From: Balanoglossus misakiensis
Taxonomy: Eukaryota; Animalia; Hemichordata
Assembly: GCA_040954595.2 (NCBI GenBank)
Contig: CM082595.2
Location: forward strand, 3,953,943 to 4,017,942
Length of the DNA stretch: 64,000 nt
Direction: 5' to 3'
The notes under the pieces are model-generated. The model was not told the DNA's origin. It saw only the letters and a program-made list of their open reading frames with translations, and did not search any database. Position numbers and translations under genes: made by a program. Each line of letters begins with the position of its first letter. Position 1 is the stretch's first letter. Shown here in pieces: positions 27,276-38,290 of the stretch.

Positions 27276-30200
27276 CTACCAGAACGGACACCTGCATAAA
27301 AGAAAAAAAAACAGACTTAGGAAAGATTCACACAACTTCCTTTAACACTCCCCCATTTCCCTGTACAAAGGTCTTTCTTGACTGTAGAAAGCAATGGATT
27401 TGGACCACTTCATTGTGGTGAACGAGTGCGGAAGCTACAATGAATGACAGAGTGTGCAAAAAAAGAATGAAAGTCAGAATAGACAGCTGATTCGGGACGA
27501 TAAGATCTCAGTTTGATGATGGAATTGTTTTATGGACCAATGTGTCACACGGGCCAATTTTGGCCCTTGGTACTATCTCACTGACACACAGCTGACTAAG
27601 AGTTTGACTCTGTCCCTCTCATGACCTTCAGGTCAGGTGAGGTCGTAGGTCACTTACCATCCGATGTAACACTGGCACAGGTTTTCATGTGACGTGGCTT
27701 GACGTATGAGCAATTCAACTTGTGTCGGCACATTCAACTGATCATGTCCTTTGAAATCGTGTCCTGTCATCAAAAATAAAATTATGTAGTAATTATATCA
27801 GTGCATATCAATTAACAACTGCCACTGTACGGTAAATCACAAGAATATGACAAAGTGAGATGAGAAAACAATTGTGGTAAATGTATACCAACCTGTGAGT
27901 TTATCTCTGACTCTGTTTATGATGGATATTGCCTTCTTGTTTAGGGCTTCTGGCGGAACACCAGCGTCACTTTCTGTCAAGCAAATTATGGCAACTAATT
28001 ACACATACTGGTATAAAGACTCACATACATTTAGATACACTTAGAAATATGGGCTCTAGGATAGTTACCCCCTGGACAACCACCCACCTGACACCCCAAC
28101 CCTTGTACTAACTTGGGAAATGTCTGGGTGGTGAATATCCAGGGGGTGAGCATCCTCATACCAGTATGTCATGCTTTCAAAGAGTATACAATAACTCACC
28201 ATAGGACTGCATGGAGTCTGGGTAAGTCCCTTGCTTCTTTTGCGATTCGCCGCTAACATCCACACTGTCCAGCAAATCTGAGAAGAATATACATAAGCAG
28301 GTAAAAGTAATGGCTGAGAAATCCAAAGATACAGGCACATTCTGCACCATAAAGATGGATTTGATGAATACTGGTAATCAATCGCTCAAATCCTTCCGTT
28401 ATCATAATAATGCTATTACAAGAAACACAAATAGTCGAAAAACGAGTTACCAGTATTTTACTACATAAATGGACACTTACCTCCAGAAGTTGTAGCGCTG
28501 TGACTGGCTGCAGCCGACATGGTATCTGTTCTGCCCTTGGAGCGTTTACCTTTAGGCGCACCAGCTAAGATACAAAACAACATACAATTTTCAAAGATGG
28601 CTTGGAAGAAATCTGCATGGTGCAAAAGGTTAAGTGACTTTTAATAGGCCACTTTTATGACCCCTGAGTGACCTTACATCCTGGTGTCCTGTTGGTATGA
28701 CATCATTTATCATAGAATTGGCCCATTGAGTGCTTGGTCTGCAGAAGTGCTCGTGAGGTCAAAGTTCACTTACTGTCCATCAGTCTCCAGTTGAGCAATG
28801 GATCGTAGACGAACGCTTCCAACACTGCCATGACACTGTCTCTGTTCTCCCGGAGTACCTTCATCACGCTCTCGCATGTGATACGGAAATTTCCATCGAT
28901 ACCAGTCACCTAGATACCATGGGTGGATAATAAGGTTTCCAGTTATGTAGTAGATAATAATGTAGATATGTTTAGTAACAGTTTGGCAAGAGGAACTAAC
29001 AGATCAAGAACTCCAGATGTAAGGTGTAAGGAAAACTCACCTCCATGGCATTCGTCAACATCCGCGTCAATCTAAACGGAATCTTTTCTGGAAACTTCTC
29101 TCTTGTCATTGCAACCTGCATATAAAAAAATCCTCAATCTTAAGAACATATACTAACATATTACATGTACAATTGAAGTTGACCGTATTTTGGCTAAATA
29201 AGGACAATTTCGTGTTATACTTTATGCTGGTCAAAATTTAGGTGATCGCTATAATGTTTTTCGTACCTCAAAGCAGTCACCAAAGTCAATGTGAAGAATC
29301 CGTCCAGACAGTCTGTCCAACATCAAGTTCGATGGATGTCTGCAAAGAACAGAAATTTTGATGAGGATTTTAGTACATGTACATATTTGTTGTTTAAGTA
29401 CACATATTAAATATGTCATACAACTTACATGTATTATGACTGAACACTAACCTGTCACCAAGACCTAGTACATATCCAACCATAGACATAACGGCTAGCG
29501 ATCTGGTATAGTTAGTTCTTCTGTCAAACCATACCTGATTTTTAAGAAAAAATATTAAAACATGTTAAGCATTAAAATACGTTCATTAGAAAAAAAAATC
29601 ACTTTTTTCCTATGATCTACAGTGGTTCTGAATTTCTGATATGTTACTTAATCTGTAATGTAAAGTTTTTGTTTATATGAGTACCACTGACCTCTGAACT
29701 TGGACTCTTCAACCACAGCAGCTTGGCAAGATCGTCTCCATTGGTGTGCTCCAGAGCATGCTCAAATACCTCCACCTTCTGCATCAATGTCAGGTGATCA
29801 TAGTCTGGTGCCATCTGATTGGTTGGGAGAAAGTCATGTGATTAGAGACCTTCGCTTATTGGCAATTGGCAGAGTTTGATTGACACGTCACGATAATGGA
29901 AGAGTCAGATACACACATCACAAAATAAGGCTTCTTCTGAAGTTTCAAAGATTATCTGAAATATTGTTGATAATATTCACTTACTCTGAGCATAATTCTA
30001 TGTTCGATGTTGAGCAGAATTTTCTTCTTTTCTCTGTAATCTCTGATCAGTGTATGCAGTGTGTCACAGTGAGGAACCCAGCCAATCAGTCCCGAGTTCG
30101 TTGACAGTGGAATCACAGAGTATCTCTGAATACTGGTGAAGAAGAAAAAAGATATAAGTTTCACATTCTTCTATCCCCATTCTGTGTATACTGTTCCAAG

Positions 30201-30748
30201 CACAGCATGGAAAAAGAATAAATGGCGTTAAAATAAACAGGGGCACGAGAAATGAAAAGAGTTTATCAATAGTGAATTTTACTTTGTCTGTAGTGTCATC
30301 AAAGCTGATTGGTTAATCGTCTTGACCAAAATGAACCAATCACATTCATCTCCTGGTGTCACATGACTTACTTGAGATGTCTGATGAAGGTTTCTGGGTC
30401 GTTGCCCAGTAGAGTGTTGACCAGCCCAAACAGCTGCATGACACGTTCATCCTGACGCAGATCTTCGTGTCCTTTCAGTAAGAACATGAACTCCTGTCCG
30501 TTGCTTCCTATGAAACATAAACAAACCAAAGATCTAATGAAATTTGTAAACAAACAAACAAACAAACAAACAAAGACAAATATACATACATGTACATACG
30601 TATGTAGCATACATACATACATACATACATACATACATACATACATACATACATACATACATACATACATACATACAACATACATACATACACACACACA
30701 CATATACATACATACATACATACATACATACATACATACATACATACA

Positions 30749-30781
<33 letters not shown>

Positions 30782-33700
30782 TATTATTATATAATAAGTA
30801 ATGTCCACCTTTCTACATATACATACACCAGGCTTACCAAATATACTGAGTTTCCTGGGTCTCTGTTTTGAAGTGATGACTTGCAATGTTGGCTGTACAT
30901 AGTGGATCTGGATGACCGGCTGGTTGGGGTCGTAGGTGCCGGGGACAGCTAGCTCAAGGTCACGGCACATCAATAGCTTGGGAGACACGTACTGCAGTTC
31001 AAGTTGTGTCAACTGGGGAGAAGGAAATGGAAAAAATATTACTCGCGCCAAAATGGCAATTTATGGTTAGAGGGTTAACACATTCAGATTCACTTTAACA
31101 AACAGATAAATAAAATACAAGAGAATTATTTTCACCTGTGGTAACTGCTTGGATATCCTCCTGAAGACGTGATAGTACAAATCCCATGCCTGGGTCAGTT
31201 CTTTGACGTTTCCCGATCTGGTGTACTTCCGGCACCACTCCTGCGCTTCCATCAGATCTCTTCCGTATGCCTGTGGATGAGAGAAGAAAGTGGATTCCGG
31301 TCATTAAGGTGGCCCTGTGTGATTATCGCGAGATCAGCGCAAATTTACAAAAAGACATATCTTTAACTATTGAAAGCTTATAAGCAAAGGATCTATTAAA
31401 TGTGTACTGACAATAGTACGAACAACACACTCATCTGTACAGTCACAACACGTAGCATGCTCGCAGGCTCAAAGTCGTAAAAAAATCTCCACTCACTTGA
31501 TTAAAGGAGGTCTCTTTCAGTGTCTGTGGGCCCCTCTCCATCATGGCGTGCAGGGGCTCCAGAACAGAGAACATGCCTTTCACATTTCTTTCTCCAAAGT
31601 AGAGTCTGGACGCTTCCTCCAGACCTTCATGCCATAATTCGTGCCACAGGATAGCCACTCTGATCAGTTCATCACTCACCTAAACAAAACAAAACAAGAC
31701 AAAACAAAACAAATAATTTAAAATTACATGAAATTGTGAATGTTACCGCACCAGAATTTCTGAGTTAGAAAGTTCAGAAAAATCTCAAATCACTATAGAA
31801 AACATCGCTTTTGCTCTTCAACAAATTCACAAACTGGATGACAAACTTGTCACTTACCATCATGGCCTGAGTGACAAGGTTGGAGCTGTGCTCGCACATA
31901 TTTTTCAGGATTCTGTTGGCCGCGTTGTGTCTTGCCGAGCTGGCAGATTTGGACGCTACAGTCAGTGGATATATCAGGGCCTATGAAGGGAGAAAACTTG
32001 ATACTAAGTGAAGTGAAAATTCTCCAATTCTTCAGTGTGCTTTTGCAGTTTTGAGAAAAATCACCACCGATAATGCAAATGTTCTACCAAAGTTACAGCG
32101 ACATATGTTATGCTCAGCTGACACTTTGCTTCTCTAAAACAGTTCCGGACACAGACAAAAATCTTTTATTAATTTCTAATTAATTTTTTATTAATTTCAG
32201 ACCACATTCCCATAGCTTACCTGTGGATGCTGTTTGCCGATATCAGTCAACAGCTGATGGATCAATTTACCCACTAGCTGTCGTGGAGTGTCGATTCTGG
32301 CTATCAGTTGCGGAATAACCTGCAAAACACCAAACAGAACGATCATCACGTGCACATCACCACCCTTGATTCAATGTCAAATAATGCTGTTTAATTGACA
32401 ACCATGGGAAAGAGACATCCTTGGGTTTCTTGACAAAAATTCCTACCTGCAACCAAGTGTCTATCTGTATAGTTTTGATCCCTTCCACCAGTCCCTCATA
32501 GACATCGGGCCACTGTCCGTAGTCGAACCACAGAGTCAGCAAGCGCAGCGTGTCTTGCAAGGAGTTGCCGCCGGAAGACAGCGCGATCGACCGGAAGAAT
32601 CCTTGCACGGCCGGCACTGTGTAGGTGTGGATGTTGTTCGAGTTCTGGAATGGTAAATGGAATGACATATTGTTAGACCATCAGATCCGGGCCATGGAAA
32701 TACCAGTAGATCAGGTTTAAGTATTTATAGTGAAAGATGAGCAGTTTAGATAAATGGGCTTGCAAATGAAAATTTGCAAACACATTTTAGGTTACATGAA
32801 GTTTTGAACATTTTCTGAAAACATGCTTTGCTGACTGTGGTCTAGAATTTTCATTTAGATGACTATTTGCATACATGTACAGCACATAATGAAAAATACA
32901 GTTTGACAGATATCATAAAAATTAATATAAAACATTCTGCACTCATGCACCTGTGACAGAATACTGCCAATTTTTGTTACCTGTTTGGACTGTGAATCAT
33001 CCAAAAATTCAATACTGGCATTGCTGCCGATGCTATCGACCCTCCTGTGCTCTTTGATCAACATCTCGGTCTGGCCACCCTCGGCTGCGCCAGCTTGACC
33101 GCCGTTCTGCTGACCACTGGTCTGGTGTTTGTAGTACAGCACTGCCTCATAGTTCATCAATGCCCATGCATGCCAGGCCTGGAAATGAATGCGTATGAAA
33201 GTTATAGGTTGAGAAGAATGACTGCAAGGTCTACACAAAATTTGGTGGGCTACACTTGAAAGTATGGGACATCAAAGTAAATTAAAATACCTGTGACCTG
33301 GGACTAGAACTAAACAAATATTTATCTACATGTATAAGAGTGAAAGGAAGGCCAACATGTAATGAAGTTTGTTGATAGCTTAACTGAGGAAATTATACAG
33401 CCACAATATTATAAATCTGTCAAACACAACCTGCATTTGTGAGAAATGGGTAACCTACATGTACAAGGGCCTAGAACACGTCACATCTCCTGAAGTCAAT
33501 ATAGATGACCTACAATCCTGAGTAAACAGGTCTACAGGTTTATGTCTCATCCACACCACTCTTTAACACCACCTTAATACTCTCACAAACAGACATCGTT
33601 GCATAGCTGGTTTTCAGGTCTCTCCATTAAAATGGGTTTTAAGACCCACTTGGACTAACCCCACCATAAATGAACTAACACAGGCAGTCTTAGTGTACAC

Positions 33701-33844
33701 ACGTTTCTAAATAAAGACTCCCTTACCTTGTACCAGTTCCTGTCATGTTCAGTAGCTGATTCATAGTACTGCAGAATTTGTGGAATCGTACCGTCGTTTA
33801 TTCCTTCCAGACTTTGCTGCCACTCTCCAAGTTTGAGGTAACAG
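27276..33844 (-). CDS. MTOR: Serine/threonine-protein kinase mTOR, 3' part (end of FAT, FRB, PIKK kinase, FATC); 20 coding exons, 5' exons outside the window
   Basis: Exons (- strand): 33727-33844, 32981-33178, 32447-32644, 32221-32319, 31858-31980, 31497-31679, 31136-31270, 30838-31012, 30372-30507, 29985-30132, 29692-29814, 29452-29534, 29267-29339, 29041-29115, 28774-28909, 28481-28564, 28200-28277, 27893-27973, 27658-27763, 27276-27291, all GT-AG with matching phases. Peptides: [83 protein letters not shown] and terminal CQCYIGWCPFW*. Confidence 0.98.
28067..28147. repeat. Short imperfect inverted repeat (MITE-like hairpin) in an mTOR intron
   Basis: ACCCCCTGGA...CCACCCA..GACA pairs with TGTC.TGGGTGG...TCCAGGGGGT. 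Confidence 0.55.
30580..30778. repeat. (ACAT)n microsatellite with (CA)n interruptions, preceded by (CAAA)n; in an mTOR intron
   Basis: Long tacatacatac array; source of the spurious VCMY/HTYI ORFs. Confidence 0.97.
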
Positions 33845-34322
33845 CTACAGAGGCAAATGAAATCGCATCAGATATTGCGTTAGACAACCGTTGAACATGA
33901 CTACATCAAGCAAGAAAGTTCACCTGAACTGCACCAAGCCATCATCTGATGTCTTGGTACAACCGGAATCACAATCAACAAACACCTTGACCTTGACCGA
34001 CATCTTTCTACCCCTTCACACAAGACATTCTTGAAAACCACATTCTCACAAGTCACTATCTATTGTTCCATTCTCACATCAACAAGAAACATACCAATCA
34101 AACAGTCAAACACATACCACATTCCTGCATGTACACTTAGAATAGTTTCAAATAAAAATAACACAGTTCTTATAAGTTGGACATAAAATGATTTATTATC
34201 TCATAATAAGAAAATCAGAGCTGTAAATTGTGATAAACTAGATTTACAACCTGCATTGAAATCACAAACCACACCAACTACTACTGCGAGTAAAACGCCA
34301 AGGTATAAACCACACAGTATTT

Positions 34323-34600
34323 ACCCTCAGCCCACACACTGTCAGACTTGTTCAACTTTCACTCTCGGTCTCACCGAACAGATCACGTTACTGCACATGT
34401 GGGACAGCTCTGGGGCCAGTCTCCGCCTCCACTCTATTCACAGCGCAAACATTGAGGCCAGTGTGATATACAGTCCCTGGAACTTCCAAAGTACAGCACG
34501 CCCACGGTTTTCTTTGAAACCCATTGATGTCCGGCCCCAGTGCTGAGCGCCATAAGGAAAACAGACGTTCCTTCATAGATGATCTTACTGGGCGTACAGT
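34323..34600 (-). ncRNA. Candidate structured intronic RNA (family unknown)
   Basis: Pairings found by eye on the - strand: 14/15-bp helix 34531-34545 with 34405-34419, 8-bp helix 34396-34403 with 34331-34338, and several inner hairpins rich in G-U pairs. No folding program was run. Confidence 0.3.
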
Positions 34601-35326
34601 ACAGTGATACAGAAATATCTTCCTTGTGAAGAAACTGCTTTAAAGGTAATTTTTGCGAAGATAAAGGTAAGTCCTGGTCATTTTTACGATCTCAGAGCTA
34701 CATAGAACTAAGGAAAGCATGGTGTGTTGAGTACAAGTCTTGTGATTATGGCATAACTTTATACTGTCACAGTCAGGGTAATTCACACTTGAAACTGACC
34801 GGTTTGTGATTAGTGAAACTTTGTAATTAATTGGAAATTTATGTGGTTCAATGAACTCTTCCTTGGTTCTTGTGAACACTCATTTGACTGCACATTAGTG
34901 TCCTGTGTCACCAGTTGACCCTAAAGTGAACTTTTCATGCGGGAACCAACACCAAAAGCGTAACACTGAAAAATATGTAACTATGTCAACAATGCACAAC
35001 TAGGAAACAAACAGAAAGTTATGCATGGTAGATTCACTGAACATAATCATGGCTTACAAACAACTGCTCGCTAGTACTATTAACCCCATGACTACCTAGA
35101 GTGCCAGAAATTTCATGCACCATAATTAATTGCCTTATACCTGGCATACCAGATAATTCCAGCGCAAATTACTGCTGCAACACAACTTCTGCAGTGACGT
35201 AAAATTGCGTAGGTGTTGAGTAGGCGTCCTACTTCGTTTTATGTTTAATGTGTAATAAACACTGTTTGTTCTTTGGTTTTCATTTTCAACAGATTCATGG
35301 TTTATGCACCTTTGTTAAGAAGCAAG

Positions 35327-38290
35327 ATGGAAGCTCCACATCGACTGTTTGTCCTTGTTGCCGTGGTTACAACCTTGCAGATGTGCAGTTGCAACTACCA
35401 GGCAAAGCCATGTCACACCGACTTCCGTGACACGTCTAAGCTGGACTGTAGTGGGCACAACCTGACTCGCATCCCGGATGTCAAAGACTACAAGCCGAAC
35501 ACCATCAAGGGTCTGTGGCTCAACACCAATAACATCACCACGGTTACGGCCGGTGCTCTCAACTCTTTCATCACCCTTACTCTTCTGAAGATGGACTCGA
35601 ATCACATACACAGACTGGATGGCAAAGTATTCGGCGAGCTACATCACCTGAAACAGCTGTATCTACAGGACAATGACATTCAGACTATAGATGACATCAC
35701 CTTCGATGGATTACTTGATCTGGAGATCCTGGATCTCAGACGAAATCCTATCTCACGTCTTCCAGGAAAGACATTTCGAGAACTTAACTCCCTGAAGGAA
35801 TTGCATCTCAGCATGTGTTATTTTCCACAGCTTCAAGTTGACCAGTTCTTCGGCTTAGAAAATCTACACACCCTGTCTGTGGAAATGTGCAACGTATCTC
35901 AGATTGAGAACGGTGTATTTAGCAGGGTTCCTAATGTCACATGGCTTTCTTTACAAGGCAACAGGCTGTCGGCTTTGGACGGTGCAATTTTCCGACACCT
36001 AAGCAAGTTAGAAGTCCTCGACTTGAGCCACAACCGACTGGTGAAAATCGTAGCTAACCTATGCGTCCACACACCGCTGTTGGAGAACCTCACCTTCAGC
36101 TATAACCCGTTAGAAGAAATAAATTTTGGGGACGACTACAAAGCATGTAATCTGGCTAACTTGCATTTGGTTTCTGTAACTAACATGTCAGACGTCACCA
36201 AAGTCAACAAGTCCTTTGAGGGTTTGACCAAAACCAACCTCACACAACTTGACTACCGTGGCAACGTGATCACTATTGGCGACTACGAACTCTTTCAAGG
36301 TTTCAACAACCTTTCAATACTCGATTTCAGTTCAAGGACAATCGTCCCATTCACGGCGACCAGCAGCTTGGGCAGCACGGCTGAAGTTCAAAGGTCAAAC
36401 ATTCACACTCTAAGACTCTCAAACAACACTTCACCGGGTACGCCCTCGTTGACTGTGTTAACACTGATAGACTTTGCTACAAAAGTTATCAATGAGTCTT
36501 ACTTAAAGGAGCTTGACATCAGTCAAAATGGACTATCTATCCTCCTTAACGACTCATTCCTAGCATTCCCATCACTTGAAGTGCTGAATATCGCGCATAA
36601 TTTGATCAGAAATATTGAAGTGTGTGCATTCAGAGGTCTACACAAGTTGAGACATCTATCCTTACGCGACAACAACCTGTGGACGATAGTGCCACACACT
36701 TTTGATATTTCCCGCAATTTTCCGTTGGAGTTCTTAGACCTCTCGGAGAACGTCTTGGCCTACTATGTCGACGATGCCTTCATCGGCTTGAAGAACTTGT
36801 TGGAGTTGAGGTTGGCGGATCAAGGGAAGATCAGAATCTTAGAAGAGAATTTCGACGACCTGCCTAGTCTTCAGAAACTGGACATCAGTGGAAACACTTG
36901 GGCCGATCAGTTTTATCTGCCGCTGTGCAAGATGCCGAATTTGACATTGCTGAACATCTCGCATGCATGGGTGAAGAGCAAAAAAGCATTTCCGTTTGAC
37001 GATATCTCCGTGAAATGCCAAGGATTTGTCAGCAACCTGAAGACGCTGGATTTCAAGGCCTCGTTTGTGGACAACTGCAAAAACGTGGAAGATTACTTCT
37101 CCCGGAACTGGCACGCCTTCCAGAAGCTGCAGAAACTGTTCCTGTCGTTCCTGATTCACTACGAACCGGACTACTTTCCGTGGGGGATGTTTTCCAATCT
37201 GTCGCGACTCGAAGTCTTGAAACTGAAAGGCAACCGAATCCAGACTATACCTCCCGGTGCCTTCAGCAAGCTGACACGCTTGTCGCACCTGGATCTGAGC
37301 TGGAACAGCATGGCTTCTTTCGAAACCCTTCCGTGCGAGGACTTGAAACATCTGAAGACATTATGTCTAAATAAAAATGCCATTGAACACATCGATGGTG
37401 AGTTCTTCAAAAAACTACCAAACCTGACACAACTTTATCTCAATGGGAACCGTTTTGACTGCAGCTGTCCCTTTATACCGTTCCGACATTTCATAGACTC
37501 CCCAGATTCCAAACGCATACATAATCTGACATCAAATTTCAGACATTACGATGAGCGACCGTACTGGTTTCAAGACTATGTTTGTGACGTTCCTATCGAT
37601 CTACACGGCAAGACAATTGCTGACTTCAATCCGTACAGCACGTTGAAATGTGAGCCTTCCATAATTTTTACTGTTGCGCTAATGTCGCTTGCTGCCCTGG
37701 CGGTCGGCGTCACAATCCTGGTCAAGTTCTTTCGCTATCAGATCAGATACGTGTGGTTCATTGTTAAGCTGAAACTGAACTGTCACAGGTATGAGCCTAT
37801 GTGTGACGACCAGGAGTACGAGTACGATGTCAATATTTCAAACAGCGATGCAGACGAAGACTGGGTGGTCCACACCCTCCTCCCATGGCTGGAAGGCACG
37901 AAACAACTGAAGGTCCACCTCAAAGTCCGGGATTTGAAGCCGGGAACCACGAAGCCCCGCTACGTCGCCGACCTCATCTACAAGAAGAGCAGGAAGACGC
38001 TGTTCGTGATCTCCGAGAGCTTCATCACCAACGGCACCTGCATGCAGGAGCTCTACGTGGCCTTCCAGAAGCTGTTCGACGAGCACATGAACATCATGGT
38101 CTTCGTCAACCTGGAGGAAATACCCGACAACAAACAGCCGAGAGTCCTGCGTTTCCCCCTGTGCAAGAAACGCGCGAACAAATGGTGGCTCTGCAAGGAC
38201 AATGAGACAAGAAAGGCCGTTTTCTGGCTCGATGTTGAACACTATATTGATGAGGTTAGCAAGGTGAACCACATCACACAAATTCACTAA
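35327..38290 (+). CDS. Toll-like receptor, single-cysteine-cluster (vertebrate-type); intronless CDS of ~987 aa, nested antisense in the mTOR intron
   Basis: Signal peptide (MEAPHRLFVLVAVVTTLQMCSC), LRRNT (PC..LDCSGHNLTRIP), roughly two dozen LxxLxLxxN repeats, LRRCT (NRFDCSC...YVC...C), TM (IIFTVALMSLAALAVGVTILV) and TIR domain (YDVNIS, DEDWV, RDLKPG, SRKTLFVIS, CMQEL, FW). Splice acceptor ttttcaacag at 35292; an alternative start ATG lies at 35297. Confidence 0.95.
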   Translation: MEAPHRLFVLVAVVTTLQMCSCNYQAKPCHTDFRDTSKLDCSGHNLTRIPDVKDYKPNTIKGLWLNTNNITTVTAGALNSFITLTLLKMDSNHIHRLDGKVFGELHHLKQLYLQDNDIQTIDDITFDGLLDLEILDLRRNPISRLPGKTFRELNSLKELHLSMCYFPQLQVDQFFGLENLHTLSVEMCNVSQIENGVFSRVPNVTWLSLQGNRLSALDGAIFRHLSKLEVLDLSHNRLVKIVANLCVHTPLLENLTFSYNPLEEINFGDDYKACNLANLHLVSVTNMSDVTKVNKSFEGLTKTNLTQLDYRGNVITIGDYELFQGFNNLSILDFSSRTIVPFTATSSLGSTAEVQRSNIHTLRLSNNTSPGTPSLTVLTLIDFATKVINESYLKELDISQNGLSILLNDSFLAFPSLEVLNIAHNLIRNIEVCAFRGLHKLRHLSLRDNNLWTIVPHTFDISRNFPLEFLDLSENVLAYYVDDAFIGLKNLLELRLADQGKIRILEENFDDLPSLQKLDISGNTWADQFYLPLCKMPNLTLLNISHAWVKSKKAFPFDDISVKCQGFVSNLKTLDFKASFVDNCKNVEDYFSRNWHAFQKLQKLFLSFLIHYEPDYFPWGMFSNLSRLEVLKLKGNRIQTIPPGAFSKLTRLSHLDLSWNSMASFETLPCEDLKHLKTLCLNKNAIEHIDGEFFKKLPNLTQLYLNGNRFDCSCPFIPFRHFIDSPDSKRIHNLTSNFRHYDERPYWFQDYVCDVPIDLHGKTIADFNPYSTLKCEPSIIFTVALMSLAALAVGVTILVKFFRYQIRYVWFIVKLKLNCHRYEPMCDDQEYEYDVNISNSDADEDWVVHTLLPWLEGTKQLKVHLKVRDLKPGTTKPRYVADLIYKKSRKTLFVISESFITNGTCMQELYVAFQKLFDEHMNIMVFVNLEEIPDNKQPRVLRFPLCKKRANKWWLCKDNETRKAVFWLDVEHYIDEVSKVNHITQIH

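Noticed and set aside
30368-31051. 227-aa ORF with mTOR peptides flanking a VCMY repeat, suggesting a repeat insertion in the kinase
   Set aside because: It is read-through of an intron with canonical splice sites (30508-30837); the repeat is an (ACAT)n microsatellite.
34323-34490. GGAAGUUCCAG ... UGGGCU on the - strand resembles the RNase P/MRP P4 motif
   Set aside because: The pairing is short and the other conserved regions and a Pol III terminator are not evident; kept only as an unassigned structured candidate.
34582-34593. ATCTTACTGGGC resembles the miR-200b/miR-8 5p arm
   Set aside because: No TAATACTG/TAACACTG 3p arm at hairpin distance; likely chance.
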